Part shown: positions 35,681 through 50,314 of the stretch, one piece after another
Position numbering within the stretch: the first letter of the stretch is position 1
How the letters are laid out: each line of letters starts with the position of its first letter
Source of the DNA: Haliotis rubra
Lineage: Eukaryota
NCBI RefSeq assembly: GCF_003918875.1
Contig: NW_025767635.1
Span: 806,001 to 870,000, forward strand
Length of the DNA stretch: 64,000 nt
Reading direction: 5' to 3'
The notes under the pieces: generated by a model
What the model saw: only the letters and a program-made list of their open reading frames with translations
What the model was told of the DNA's origin: nothing
Database searches by the model: none
Made by a program: the position numbers and the translations under genes

Positions 35681-37692
35681 TTATTATGTAATCCTTTCAC
35701 AGAACATGCACGGGATAAAATTAGCAGACGCAGAAGAGCTAACTTATCCTGTTGTTGGCGTTGAGCCATTGTATGGCCACTTCACTATCCCCGAGAACCC
35801 ATAAACGCCGCCGAGTGGGCGAGTGAATGTTTTGTAACACCTCAGGCAGCAGTATACCAACGTGGATCAGACATACCAGTGACCGAGCATCGATCCACGA
35901 CCTCCGTGCAGGCACACATGTCCGCTCCTAGAAGCCGTTTCAGTGTTTTTAGGGCGGCGGTTGTCAAGTCATTCTGAGTGTCAACAATTCTGACATCATC
36001 TCGTCGAAATTGACAAACATTGAACTGGTTCACAGCATGCATGCTAATCGTTCGAGGTTATGGATTGTGTGATCACGCCCGCCGACTCCGTTGTTGCATA
36101 GCCTCATATCCTAATTACGTGGATTTATGTAATAAGATGTTAATCACTGGATTGTGTGGTCCAGACTAATGTTTACACACAGCTGAAATACTGCTCACGG
36201 ATATCCAAAAGGTTATCCGTGACGTCACTGGTATCCGGATGTATCCAGGTGTATCCAGGTGTACAACCCAGACTTCCGACACGGCATTACACTTCACCAG
36301 TCTATTATTTAGTCCCAAGTGAAGTCATTGTAGTTTGAACTATACATCTAAAAAGTAACAAGTACAATCATGCTGAAGCCCAGGACAATGCTGAAATTCT
36401 AGAGCGAGCTGTAGCAATCTAAACCCTGCACATCATTCTGTCGAAATGTCCAGGCAACAATAACATCGAGGTACGTCGGAATTCAGTCCGTAAAAGAAGT
36501 CGGTGTAAAACCAACAAACAACATATCTGATTTGATTAACAATTATAATTCCCTAACGAGTCTCCACACAACTGTTGGTCTTTATGAAACGTAAGATGTA
36601 TTGCGAGACGACCAAGGTATGACTAGGCCTAATATAGGCCTTCTGGAACTGCATGTGTGTGTGCAGTTGACATCCTGCTAAGATGAAGAGTGCGTTTGGA
36701 ATCCTAAGGAGAGCTACTCTCATATGTGATTTTTATAGTTGTTCTCAAAGAGAGGATGAAGACGTCATCACTACATTGGGTTGTAGGCTTGAGAACATGT
36801 TATACCAGATAACAGAACACCACTCTATCCCAGAGGAGGAACAGGATGAGATGTTAAGGACTCGTATGTGGGATGGACTCAAGCCTGCATTGAAGGATGT
36901 AAGTGCCATCAACAGCTTTGATGACCTACGACTTTGCTTGAGGGAAATAGAATTTGATTTCAGGAGAGGCCTTTGTACCTGTGAGGAAGCAGTCAGCCTC
37001 AGCTAAGATGGTTACTACCCTGAACTCATCTAGTGCTGCTGCCACGAAGGTGGAAGTCACAGATCGCAAAGTTCAGGCACAATTAAACCAAAAGCAAATT
37101 TACAAGAACCCATCCAGCACTCAAAGAACTCATAATAAGCGCAATAGACGTCCGGGAAACATTTCAAAGCCACAAGCCACAAGAAGATGCTTATCCCAGT
37201 TACACTCCTACAGCATAGGACAGATATTTCCCACCTCAGCCTGCGTTTGGACCTCCCAGCCAGTTTGCAGATCATCAGCAGCAACCAAGACAAGATGACA
37301 CTGATGTACCTGTGTCATTACCCGGTTCATGCTCAAACAGTTACACACAAAATCAAAGCAAGGACCACCTAGATGTTATAGCTTTGGATATCTTGGCCAT
37401 ATTGCGCATGGATGTAGAGTCAGACTGGATCATCTAAGGCACCCTTTAAACTTTCCCAGGCCCATGGGGAAGGGTCACCTAGGTTTACTTGGGAGCCCTA
37501 AGGATAAGCAGGTATCAGGAAGATTAATCGGGACGGCCATGCTTTGTTGGACACAGGAGCCAAAGTATCAGTAATCTCAGAATCATTTTATCCTCAACAC
37601 TTGTAGCATATTCCCACAGAGCCACTGGATGGTGTCTTAGATACTGAGTGTGCAGGAGGTGAGTCTCTGTCGTAATAGTGATTTATAGAAGT

Positions 37693-39143
37693 AACAAAAT
37701 GTTATTTAATTTGGTATGGAATCAAAAACCTGACAGGATAAAGAGAGAAACAATGTGTAGACCAGTTAAGGAGGGTGGATTGGGCATGATTAATATATTT
37801 GAATATGTCAGAGCTTTGAAGATGACTTGGTTGAGAAAGCTGGTTGCTAGAGATCCCAAGTGGAAATATATTTTATATGCTAGTTATTGTAAATGTAGTG
37901 AATTTGATAAACAAGGCAAAGAATTTATTTTTTTAAATTGTCAGAATTTTTTTTAAATCCCTTCTGGATTGACTGTTTCAATGCTTTTTATGATTTTTTC
38001 TAATAAAATTACACCTGATAATTTTACAGATTTTTTGTCTGATCATATATTTTATAATAGCAATATTGCTATTAACAAGAAAACATTTTTTGTGAGGGCA
38101 GGTTTCAAAGGGGTATCTGTCAAATTTGTGATCGTGTTGATGAATATTGCAATTATCTGTCATTGGTTGATTTTAATTAAATGTATCAATTGAACGTAAC
38201 TTTTTTTAGAATACTATGGTGTCATTAGCTCTATAAGAACATATTTTGCTGGCTTGTCAATAGTGAATGAAAACACTGGACAATGTCCAGAAAATACACC
38301 AATTACTCGGTTGTTACTTTCAATTAATAAAGGTTCAAAAGCCTATTACTATATCCTGTGTTCTTCAAATGGGACACCAAGAGCACAGTTAAAGTGGCAA
38401 GAGGATTTTCAGCGTGGTCTTGACTGGAACTGTATTTTCCTAAAATCGTTTAAATCAATACAAGACACCAACTTGAGATTGTTTCAGTACAGGATACTCC
38501 ATAGACTTTTAACTACCAATACATTTCTTCAAAAAATTAAAATAAAAGATTCTGATTTATGTTGTTACTGTGATGAAGAAAAGGAATCTATTTGTCACTT
38601 ATTATGGGAATGTGAATTTATGCAAACCTATTGGTCAATTTTTTTATTATGGTTAACAGAAGGTTGTGATCACATCCATAATCTCAAACTCACTTTGAAA
38701 CTGATAATGTTTGGCTGTAAGAATAATGTTTTTACTGACTCTGTTTTTGACTTGTTCATATTATTGGGAAAATATTACCGTGTACAAATGCAAGCTCAAT
38801 TCTGCTTTACCAAGTATTGCTCAGTTCAGAAGTGAGTTGAGATTGAGATATAGTATTGAAAAATGTATTTTCTTTAACAAAAGCTGCGACGCCGAATTGT
38901 ATTCTAAATGGCTCTTGTATCATGGCTTATTCCAAGACGGCTGATTTAATTATATTCTTGAATAATTTGTTTCATAATTAAAATAATCTTGACAATGTGT
39001 TTCTGTGAATGGTTTGTCTTGTTTCGTAAAAGTTTCCACCTGTATCCCATTAGATTGCTGCATATCTTCTGACTGAGCGGTTCCCTGGCTGCTGTGTCTT
39101 GACTGTAACAGGGATTCAGAAATACATTTAAATTACAAAAATA
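37693..39143 (+). mobile_element. 5'-truncated L1/Tx1-clade LINE inserted in the Gypsy protease
   Basis: FNLVWNQKPDRIKRETMCRPVKEGGLGMINI and zf-RVT-like LFQYRILHRLLTTNTFL..DLCCYCDEEKESICHLLWEC. A-rich 3' end. TSD GATTTATAGAAGT at 37680-92 and 39144-56. Confidence 0.88.
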
Positions 39144-39739
39144 GATTTATAGAAGTTACAGCTGGAGATACAGTTACAGTTACAGGAGATACAGCTGAAG
39201 CTTGAGCAGTTGCCACAAACGAGGAAGTACATTACAGACACAAGGTACAATACCAGAGTCACAGCTTCACTTGGAACCAACATTTTGATATGTTTACTTG
39301 ATGATTGAAGGACGCCTCACAGACACAGGTTTACACAGAAAGCAGCTTTACATACCCCATGGTATATAGCATATCGGAGTATAGTCTTTCATGATAAGGA
39401 TCTTTCACGGAATGATGGCAAGCTGGGATCCCGCAAACAGTAATAGGGATTTTAGAGGATACATTACAAGAGGACTTAGGTCACCGCCCATCTGTGCCCT
39501 TTTACAACCAACTCTAAACTCATATCTGCAAGATAATATTGACATAGCCCCCACCCTCATTTCATATGATGTATCATTGCGACATACAGCCAGTCACTCT
39601 TCAATGTCGAGCATCTGCTCTGCCAGTAGACTCTACAACAGTTATCGAATTCAACTCCTTTCAAGCCATGTACGATGAAGTCCAAACACATCTACGCTTG
39701 GTACCTTTTGATACAGACAGCAAGAAGAATTGGAAGGCA

Positions 39740-40350
39740 CATGTTGGACCATTAGGCCATGCTTACAACTGTACCCGCCATAAAACAACATCACTATCTC
39801 CATGTTGGACCATTAGGCCATGCTTACAACTGTACCCGCCATAAAACAACATCACTATCTCCATGTTGGACCATTAGGCCATGCTTACAACTGTACCCGC
39901 CATGAGACAACATCACTATCTCCATGTTGGACCATTAGTCCATGCTTACAACTGTACCCGCCATGAGACAACATCACTATCTCCATGTTGGACCATTAGT
40001 CCATGCTTACAACTGTACCCGCCATGAGACAACATCACTATCTCCATGTTGGACCATTACTCCATGCTTACAACTGTACCCGCCATGGGACAACATCACT
40101 ATCTCCATGTTGGACCATTAGGCCATGCTTACAACTGTACCCGCCATGAGACAACATCACTATCTCCATGTTGGACCATTAGGCCATGCTTACAACTGTA
40201 CCCGCCATGAGACAACATCACTATCTCCATGTTGGACCATTAGGCCATGCTTACAACTGTACCCGCCATGAGACAACATCACTATCTCCATGTTGGACCA
40301 TTACTCCATGCTTACAACTGTACCCGCCATGGGACAACATCACTATCTCC
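39740..40350 (+). repeat. 61-bp minisatellite made from integrase coding sequence (10 copies)
   Basis: Unit catgttggaccattaggccatgcttacaactgtacccgccatgagacaacatcactatctc, encoding HVGPLGHAYNCTRHETTSLS. Confidence 0.93.
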
Positions 40351-40942
40351 ATTCTGTTTTATGTTTGGGAGACATCCTCGCTTGCCAGTGGACCTGGCTT
40401 TAAGACTTGATATCGATCCATCAAAATCAATGTCAAGGTTGGATTGTACCAGATCTCTAAGGAAACGTCTCAAACATGTCTATGTTTGAGTTGTAGTTTC
40501 CACATCGACCAAGAAAGCCCAGTCAAAACAGTAGACCTATTATCATCATAGGGTCAGAGCTATCACATTAGAGATAGGAGATAGAGTTCTGGTGAAGATT
40601 GTTGCTTTTGGTGGGAGACACAAGTTGACAGATAAATGGGAAGAAGATGTCTATGTCATTTTGGATCAACGTACCCCTTCCATACCAGCGTATGTTTTGG
40701 TAAGGAAAATGGGGACGGGAAGAAAGGACACTACATCAGAATCTCTTGTCACCAGTTGGGTCCATTCCCCATCAGGAAATACCAGTTCCAAAGCTAATGA
40801 AACAAAGCTTCGCCTGAATTTAACACAGATCCAGTAACAGAGACGTCAAAACCAGTTCCAAAGCCAGGGAAACAGGGCAAACCTTCACCTGAACCTAACA
40901 CCAGACCCGGTCATGTCTGATGATGATGGAATATGGAGATGA

Positions 40943-41588
40943 TGAGTTAGTCAGGATCTGTGTACACCCTTTGGGTACTTCAGTGTCTGCTGGCAATCCA
41001 GCTGATAGGTTAACTGAAGAGTTAGTCAGGATCTGTGTACACCCTTTGGGTACTTCAGTGTCTGCTGGCAATCCAGCAGATAGGTTAACTGAAGAGTTAG
41101 TCAGGATCTGTGTACACCCTTTGGGTACTTCAGTGTCTGCTGGCTATCCAGCAGATAGGTTAACTGAAGAGTTAGTCAGGATCTGTGTACACCCTTTGGG
41201 TACTTCAGTGTCTGCTGGCTATCCAGCAGATAGGTTAACTGAAGAGTTAGTCAGGATCTGTGTACACCCTTTGGGTACTTCAGTGTCTGCTGGCAATCCA
41301 GCAGATAGGTTAACTGAAGAGTTAGTCAGGATCTGTGTACACCCTTTGGGTACTTCAGTGTCTGCTGGCTATCCAGCAGATAGGTTAACTGAAGAGTTAG
41401 TCAGGATCTGTGTACACCCTTTGGGTACTTCAGTGTCTGCTGGCAATCCAGCAGATAGGTTAACTGAAGAGTTAGTCAGGATCTGTGTACACCCCTTCAG
41501 TGTCTGCTGGCTATTGGGTTAACTGAAGAGTTAGTCAGGATCTGTGTACAGTGTCTGCTGGCAATCCAGCAGATAGGTTAACTGAAGA
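40943..41588. repeat. 75-bp minisatellite
   Basis: Unit gagttagtcaggatctgtgtacaccctttgggtacttcagtgtctgctggcaatccagcagataggttaactgaa; two more copies at 45180-45330. Confidence 0.95.
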
Positions 41589-43649
41589 TAGAACAGAACA
41601 GGAACCGGACAATAATGTTGTCACAGGAGACGAAGTCAGTGGTGCCGATCATGACTCACACAGACGGAATCCATCTCCAGGAGAAGTTACTAATGCTGAC
41701 AGATACATTATATTGTATATTATAGTATGTACATATTAGATTTAAGTCATTTAATAATTGTATGGATATTTGTAGATTAACAGTTACTTTGCAGTGGCAG
41801 GAATATAATTTCTTACTTGTATTAATGAATGCTCCTTTTATCAACAGGTCTGGTCATTTTAAAACTGACTATACTCATCTTAACAAATGCCTATTAATAG
41901 CTCTATAGTCAGCATCGTTCTAGTATGATTAAGGGTGGTTAGGTAGGACCACCACATTGTTATGTGTCCTGGTTTGATCCAATCTTATTGGATCATTCAA
42001 ATTGTAACAATGAGAGGTACCGTTTATGATGTACAGGTATACCGACAAAGATTTATTTGTTCAATTATAATCCATTCAACACCGTAAAAGACTTCCGCCC
42101 GTATACCCCCTAAATGTTAATGGTGAGGAAAAAGATATATATGTATATTCAGGTAATATGGGTGGTGGTGGGTGGGGATTGGGCGGAAGTCTTTCCAAAT
42201 GATTGGCAATGGGTCCACTTAAAGATTGTCAAAGAGCAAAGTATCGATGTTTCGAGGAAGTTGTCAAACGTACATCTAAGTTACTATTTCCATATTTTTG
42301 TGTGCGATCATGTTATGCAAGTCAAGTGACATCTCGGTTTTAGTCGCCTCGATCTTCATGCTCGGACACGATGTTTAATGTGAAACAAATTGCATAAAGA
42401 AATATTTGTCACAGGTCGCTTTCAAACGATACCCGCCATCACATGAATCTTCTCGAGTGTTTTTCATACGGAGCTTCGAAATCAGAAGCATTTCCCAATG
42501 TTTTGTCGTGTTACCGGCCGAAAAGCCACGACTATCGGGAAATAGGCGACGATACATATTATTTAATTAATCTTTTTATAATAATTTTCTGATTACGTAA
42601 AAATGAAAATATAAAAGAAATAGGCAAGAGGATATAATGACATCTTACAAATGGATTAAAATAGCGGGAGTTTTCGTCTCCTTCGTGGTTTATCTGGATA
42701 TTATATGTGTGTAAACTTGTATTTTATTAGAAATAGACTTTTTAAGTTGAAGTTGTATTATTTGAATAATAAGTTAAAAATACCTTTGGTATTTACCAAC
42801 AGTTGGATTAGACCTAAATTATTGTAGTAGCAATGGTGTTTCACGAGCTGATATTTTCCTTGACAAACGTAGCCTTCTATCTTATTGTTTCATTTTTTTG
42901 TCATTATTCTATTCAGTCTAAAGAAAGTTTACTTTACCTAATGCAGAGAAACTTTTGCCCATCTTGAGTGTTTTGTTAAATCATTTCTTTATGAGAAAGT
43001 GTACCAAACGTCATTCATGAAATAGGTAATGTTAGTAATACTTTTATTCAGAGACATAGGTGCATAAATTATTGTTTTGATTCAAATGTGCACTTAAACA
43101 TCATGTCACATAATTGTGACTTCAATTAATTTTCTCTTGAGTAATACAGATGTGCACAGTAGCTCTGACTCGTTAAATTATTTGAAATTCAACATCCTTT
43201 GGTGTTTATAGAAGTTAAAGTATATAAATAGTATGGGTGGGTTGATGGGGGACGTGGTGAAAGCTAGTTTCAGTTGAATTTGTCACATATATGAAACGGG
43301 AAATCATACGTTTATCTGTGTTAACTTTCCTTTGGACAGCAGTTAAGATTAAGAGAAGACTTGTTGAAAGGTTTTTTATAGGTTTTTTTATAGTAAAGTG
43401 TAGGGCTAGTAATATTTGAAAAGGACTAGTTACATACAAAATCCACTAGCCCGGAGGACTAGTTAAAGTTTTTAGTGAGTGTCGATTCCTGCTGTTTTGA
43501 AATAAGAATATAAACAGAAGAATGTTCTGGTTTTTCCTTCTTCTTTTTTTGCTTTGAAAGAAGCTATACAATGCACAGTGGTTACTCACATATACTGTGA
43601 GTCAGTCTGAAGGTAAAAGAATATTACAAAGTGGACAGATCTCAATAAC

Positions 43650-45179
43650 TGTACAGAAGAGTGTATCACAATATATCGCAAATACAGAAGAGTGTATCGC
43701 AATATATCAGAATAGTGTATCGCAATAGTGTATCGCAATAATACGTATCGCAATACAGAAGAGTGTATCGCAATATATCGCAATACGTATCGCAATACAG
43801 AAGAGTGTATCGCAATATATCGCAATACGTATCGCAATACAGAAGAGTGTATCACAATATATCGCAATACGTATCGCAATACAGAAGAGTGTATCACAAT
43901 ATATCGCAATACAGAAGAGTGTATCGCAATATATCACAATACGTATCGTAATACAGAAGAGTGTATTGCAATATATCGCAATACGAAATTCGGGGCAATT
44001 CGATATAGATAGATAGATGGATATAGACATGTAGAGAAATGGATATAAGTGGATATATGGATATAGATAGATATATGGATATAGATGGATATATGGATAG
44101 AGATATGGATATAGATAGATATATGGATATAGATAGATATATGGATATAGATGGATATATGGATAGAGATATGGATATAGATAGATATATGGATATAGAT
44201 AGAAAGATGGATATAGACATGTAGAGAAATAGATATATATGGATATAAATAGATGATATGGATATAGATAGATAGATGGATATAGATAGATAGATGGATA
44301 TAGACATGTAGAGAAATGGATATATATGGATATAAAAAGATGGATATAGATATGTAGAGAAATGGATATAAATGGATATATGGATATAGATAGGTGATAT
44401 AGACATGTAGAGATATAAATGGATATAGATAGATGGATATCTATATAGACATGTAGAGAAATGGATATAAATAGATATATGGATATAGATAGATATATGG
44501 ATATAGATAGATTATGGATATAGATAGATGATATAGATGGATATTTTATGGATAGAGGTATGGATATAGATGGATATAGGGATATAGATAGATATATGGA
44601 TATAGACATGTAGAGAAATGGATATAAATGGATATATACATTATGGATACAGTTATATATATGGATATAGATGGATAGATAGATATATGGATATAGATGG
44701 ATAGATGATATAGATGGATATATGGATAGAGATATGGATATAGATGGAGATATGGATATAGATATATGGATATAGATATATGGATATAGATAGATATATG
44801 GATATAGATAGATATATGGATATAGATGGATATAGATACATTATGGATACAGTTACATATATGGATATAGATGGATATTTGGATATAGATGGATATATGG
44901 ATATAGATACATTATGGATACAGTTACATATATGGATATAGATCGATATTTGGATATAAATGGATATATGGATATATATGATATATGGATATAGATACAG
45001 TTATGGTTATAGATAAATATATGGATATAGATAGATATATGGATATAGATTAGATATATGGAAATAGATAGATATATCGATTTAGATGGATATATGGATA
45101 TAGATACAGTTATGGTTATAGATAGAGATATGGGTATAGATAGATATATGGATATAGATAGAGATATGGATATAGATAT
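43650..45179. repeat. (atcgcaat)-rich subterminal-type repeats followed by a GATA/GGATATA low-complexity tract (copy 1)
   Basis: Units cagaagagtgtatcgcaatatatcgcaatacgtatcgcaata, then ggatatagatagat repeats. Confidence 0.9.
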
Positions 45180-47394
45180 GAGTTAGTCAGGATCTGTGTA
45201 CACCCTTTGGGTACTTCAGTGTCTGCTGGCAATCCAGCAGATAGGTTAACTGAAGAGTTAGTCAGGATCTGTGTACACCCTTTGGGTACTTCAGTGTCTG
45301 CTGGCAATCCAGCAGATAGGTTAACTGAAGATAGAACAGAACAGGAACCGGACAATAATGTTGTCACAGGAGACGAAGTCAGTGGTGCCGATCATGACTC
45401 ACACAGACGGAATCCATCTCCAGGAGAAGTTACTAATGCTGACAGATACATTATATTGTATATTATAGTATGTACATATTAGATTTAAGTCATTTAATAA
45501 TTGTATGGATATTTGTAGATTAACAGTTACTTTGCAGTGGCAGGAATATAATTTCTTACTTGTATTAATGAATGCTCCTTTTATCAACAGGTCTGGTCAT
45601 TTTAAAACTGACTATACTCATCTTAACAAATGCCTATTAATAGCTCTATAGTCAGCATCGTTCTAGTATGATTAAGGGTGGTTAGGTAGGACCACCACAT
45701 TGTTATGTGTCCTGGTTTGATCCAATCTTATTGGATCATTCAAATTGTAACAATGCGAGGTACCGTTTATGAAGTACAGGTATACCGACAAAGATTTATT
45801 TGTTCAATTATAATCCATTCAACACCGTAAAAGACTTCCGCCCGTATACTACCTAAATGTTAATGGTGAGGAAAAAGATATATATGTATATTCAGGTAAT
45901 ATGGGTGGTGGTGGGTGGGGATTGGGCGGAAGTCTTTCCAAATGATTGGCAATGGGTCCACTTAAAGATTGTCAAAGAGCAAAGTATCGATGTTTCGAGG
46001 AAGTTGTCAAACGTACATCTAAGTTACTATTTCCATATTTTTGTGTGCGATCATGTTATGGAAGTCAAGTAACATCTCGGTTTTAGTCGCCTCGATCTTC
46101 ATGCTCGGACACGATGTTTAATGTGAAACAAATTGCATAAAGAAATATTTGTCACAGGTCGCTTTCAAACGATACCCGCCATCACATGAATCTTCTCGAG
46201 TGTTTTTCATACGGAGCTTCGAAATCAGAAGCATTTCCCAATGTTTTGTCGTGTTACCGGCCGAAAAGCCACGACTATCGGGAAATAGGCGACGATACAT
46301 ATTATTTAATTAATCTTTTTATAATAATTTTCTGATTACGTAAAAATGAAAATATAAAAGAAATAGGCAAGAGGATATAATGACATCTTACAAATGGATT
46401 AAAATAGCGGGAGTTTTCGTCTCCTTCGTGGTTTATCTGGATATTATATGTGTGTAAACTTGTATTTTATTAGAAATAGACTTTTTAAGTTGAAGTTGTA
46501 TTATTTGAATAATAAGTTAAAAATACCTTTGGTATTTACCAACAGTTGGATTAGACCTAAATTATTGTAGTAGCAATGGTGTTTCACGAGCTGATATTTT
46601 CCTTGACAAACGTAGCCTTCTATCTTATTGTTTCATTTTTTTGTCATTATTCTATTCAGTCTAAAGAAAGTTTACTTTACCTAATGCAGAGAAACTTTTG
46701 CCCATCTTGAGTGTTTTGTTAAATCATTTCTTTATGAGAAAGTGTACCAAACGTCATTCATGAAATAGGTAATGTTAGTAATACTTTTATTCAGAGACAT
46801 AGGTGCATAAATTATTGTTTTGATTCAAATGTGCACTTAAACATCATGTCACATAATTGTGACTTCAATTAATTTTCTCTTGAGTAATACAGATGTGCAC
46901 AGTAGCTCTGACTCGTTAAATTATTTGAAATTCAACATCCTTTGGTGTTTATAGAAGTTAAAGTATATAAATAGTATGGGTGGGTTGATGGGGGACATGG
47001 TGAAAGCTAGTTTCAGTTGAATTTGTCACATATATGAAACGGGAAATCATGCGTTTATCTGTGTTAACTTTCCTTTGGACAGCAGTTAAGATTAAGAGAA
47101 GACTTGTTGAAAGTTTTTTTATAGGTTTTTTTATAGTAAAGTGTAGGGCTAGTAATATTTGAAAAGGACTAGTTACATACAAAATCCACTAGCCCGGAGG
47201 ACTATTTAAAGTTTTTAGTGAGTGTCGATTCCTGCTGTTTTGAAATAAGAATATAAACAGAAGAATGTTCTGGTTTTTCCTTCTTCTTTTTTTGGCTTTG
47301 AAAGAAGCTATACAATGCACAGTGGTTACTCACATATACTGTGAGTCAGTCTGGAGGTAAAAGAATATTACAAAGTGGACAGATCTCAATAACT

Positions 47395-49830
47395 GTACAG
47401 AAGAGTGTATCACAATACATCGCAATACGTATCGCAATACAGAAGAGTGTATCGCAATATATCGCAATACGTATCGCAATACAGAAGAGTGTATCACAAT
47501 ACATCGCAATACGTATCGCAATACAGAAGAGTGTATCGCAATATATCGCAATACGTATCGCAATACAGAAGAGTGTATCACAATATATCGCAATGAGTAT
47601 CGCAATACAGAAGAGTGTATCGCAATATATCGCAATACGTATCGCAATACAGAAGAGTGTATCGCAATATATCACAATACGTATCGTAATACAGAAGAGT
47701 GTATTGCAATATATCGCAATACGTATCGCAATACAGAAGAGTGTATCACAATATATCGCAATACAGAAGAGTGTATCGCAATATATCGCAATACGTATCG
47801 CAATACAGAAGAGTGTATCACAATATATCGCAATACAGAAGAGTGTATCGCAATATATCACAATACGTATCGCAATACAGAAGAGTGTATCGCAATATAT
47901 CACAATACGTATCGTAATACAGAAGAGTGTATTGCAATATATCGCAATACGAAATTCGGGGCAATACACAGCCCTAGTCTATATCCATCTATCTATCTAT
48001 ATCGAATCGATATGTAGACAAATGGATATACATGTAAGTGGATATATGGATATAGATAGATATATGGATATAGATAGATTATGGATATAGATAGATAGAT
48101 GATATAGATGGATATATGGATAGAGATATGGATATAGAAGGATATAGATGATATATGGATATAGATAGATTATGGATATAGATAGATAGATGATATAGAT
48201 GGATATATGGATAGATATATGGATATAGATAGAGATATGGATATAGATAGATAGATGGATATAGACATGTAGAGAAATGGATATATATGGATATGAATAG
48301 ATGGATATAGACATGTAGAGAAATGGATATATGGATATAGATAGATGATATAGACATGTAGAGATATAAATGGATATAGATAGATGGATATTGACATGTA
48401 GATAAATGGATATAAATGGATATATGGATATAGACAGATATATGGATATAGATAGATTATGGATATAGATAGATAGATGGATATAGACATGTAGAGAAAT
48501 GGATATATATGGATATAAATAGATGGATATAGACATGTAGAGAAATGGATATAAATGGATATATGGATATAGATAGATGATATAGACATATAGAGATATA
48601 AATGGATATAGATAGATGGATATAGACATGTAGAGAAATGGATATAAATGGATATATGGATATAGACAGATATATGGATATAGATAGATTATGGATATAG
48701 ATAGATGATATAGATGGATATTTTATGGATAGAGATATGGATATAGATGGATATATGGATATAGATAGAGATATGGATATAGACATGTAGAGAAATGGTT
48801 ATAAATGGATATATACATTATGGATACAGTTATATATATGGATATAGATAGATATATAGATAGGTATATGGATATAGATGGATAGATGATATAGATGGAT
48901 ATATGGATAGAGATATGGATATAGATAGAGATATGGATATAGATGATATATGGATATAGATATATTGATATAGATAGATATATGGATATAGATATATATG
49001 GATATAGATGGATATAGATACATTATGGATACAGTTACATATATGGATATAGATGGATATTTGGATATAGATGGATATATGGATATAGATACATTATGGA
49101 TACAAGTACAAAGATGGATATAGATGGATATTTGGATATAGATGGATATATGGATATAGATGATATATGGATATAGATACAGTTATGGTTATAGATAAAT
49201 ATATGGATATAGATAGATATATGGATATAGATTAAATATATGGAAGTAGATAGATATATCGATTTAGATGGATATATGGATATAGATACAGTTATGGTTA
49301 TAGATAGAGATATGGGTATAGATAGATATATGGATATAGATAGAGATATGGATATAGATAGATATATGTATAAAGATAGATATATGGATATATATGATAT
49401 ATGGATATAGATTAGATATATGGATATAGATAGATACAACGATTTAGATGGATATATGGATATAGGTGGACATATGGATATAGATGGATATATGGATACA
49501 GATACAGTTATGGTTATAGATAAATATATGGATATAGATGGATATATGGATATAGATGATATATGGATATAGATAGATATATGGATATAGATGATAGATG
49601 GATATATGGATATAGATGGATATATAGATATAGATGATATATGGATAAAGATAGAGATATGGATATAGATGGATATAGATGATATAGATGGATACATGGA
49701 TATAGATAGATATATGGATATAGATATAGATATTGATATAAATGGATATATGGATATAGATGGATATATTGATATAGATGGATATATGGATATAGATAGA
49801 TGGGCGGATATAGATATAGAGAGAGATAAA
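47395..49830. repeat. Same repeats in copy 2, with a hAT-like terminus at ~47976
   Basis: The array ends ...gaaattcggggcaatacacagcccta (TAGGGCTGTG on the minus strand), followed by the GATA tract. Confidence 0.85.
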
Positions 49831-50314
49831 TATATCGATCTATCTTCTATCATTTCAAAACCTGGGACACAATAACACCAGTATGAAGTATACTACATAT
49901 ACATAGATTATAGGTACGCTTGATTGGCTTGGTGGCGCAGTATTCTACACCCTAGTGCCATACACCGTGTAGGCATTACTTTGTTTTATATGTGTATGCG
50001 GCACTGTGAACTTCATATGGCCTATCTGGGCACGGTTATTCAGATGCCTGTACCTTAACCACATTTATGTCAATTGTATGTCAGAATTAAATCAAGGAGT
50101 GATCGCTTCTTATAGTTATTTGTCTAGAATCTGTATAACTATAATATTACATCTGAAAGATGTAATGACTGACTTCAATTCTTATGTATGACTTTGAATC
50201 ATGTATTGTTTCAGAGTGTGTTGTTATTGAAATGGAACAAAGTTCTCACCCCCGTAATCAGTGTCACGGATTTCATAACATCCAATCACTATCCCGATTA
50301 TGTGTGTGCGTGCG

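Larger units (their letters stand above)
36683..40790 (+). mobile_element. Decayed Ty3/Gypsy LTR retrotransposon (gag, Zn-knuckle, protease, integrase C-terminus); no RT/RNase H recognised
   Basis: Gag FYSCSQREDE..GCRLE..EMLRTRMWDGLK; knuckle CYSFGYLGHIAHGC; protease ALLDTGAKVSVISESFY (~37541); integrase KKNWKAHVGPLGHAYNCTRH...SPFCFMFGRHPRLPVDL and IGDRVLVK...KLTDKWE. Many frameshifts and stops; LTRs not identified. Confidence 0.85.
41440..49830. repeat. ~3.74-kb tandem segmental duplication (copy 2 starts at 45180)
   Basis: Near-identical ORF pairs at offset 3743 (41656/45399, 42114/45857, 42375/46118, 43215/46958), with scattered SNPs. Confidence 0.93.
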
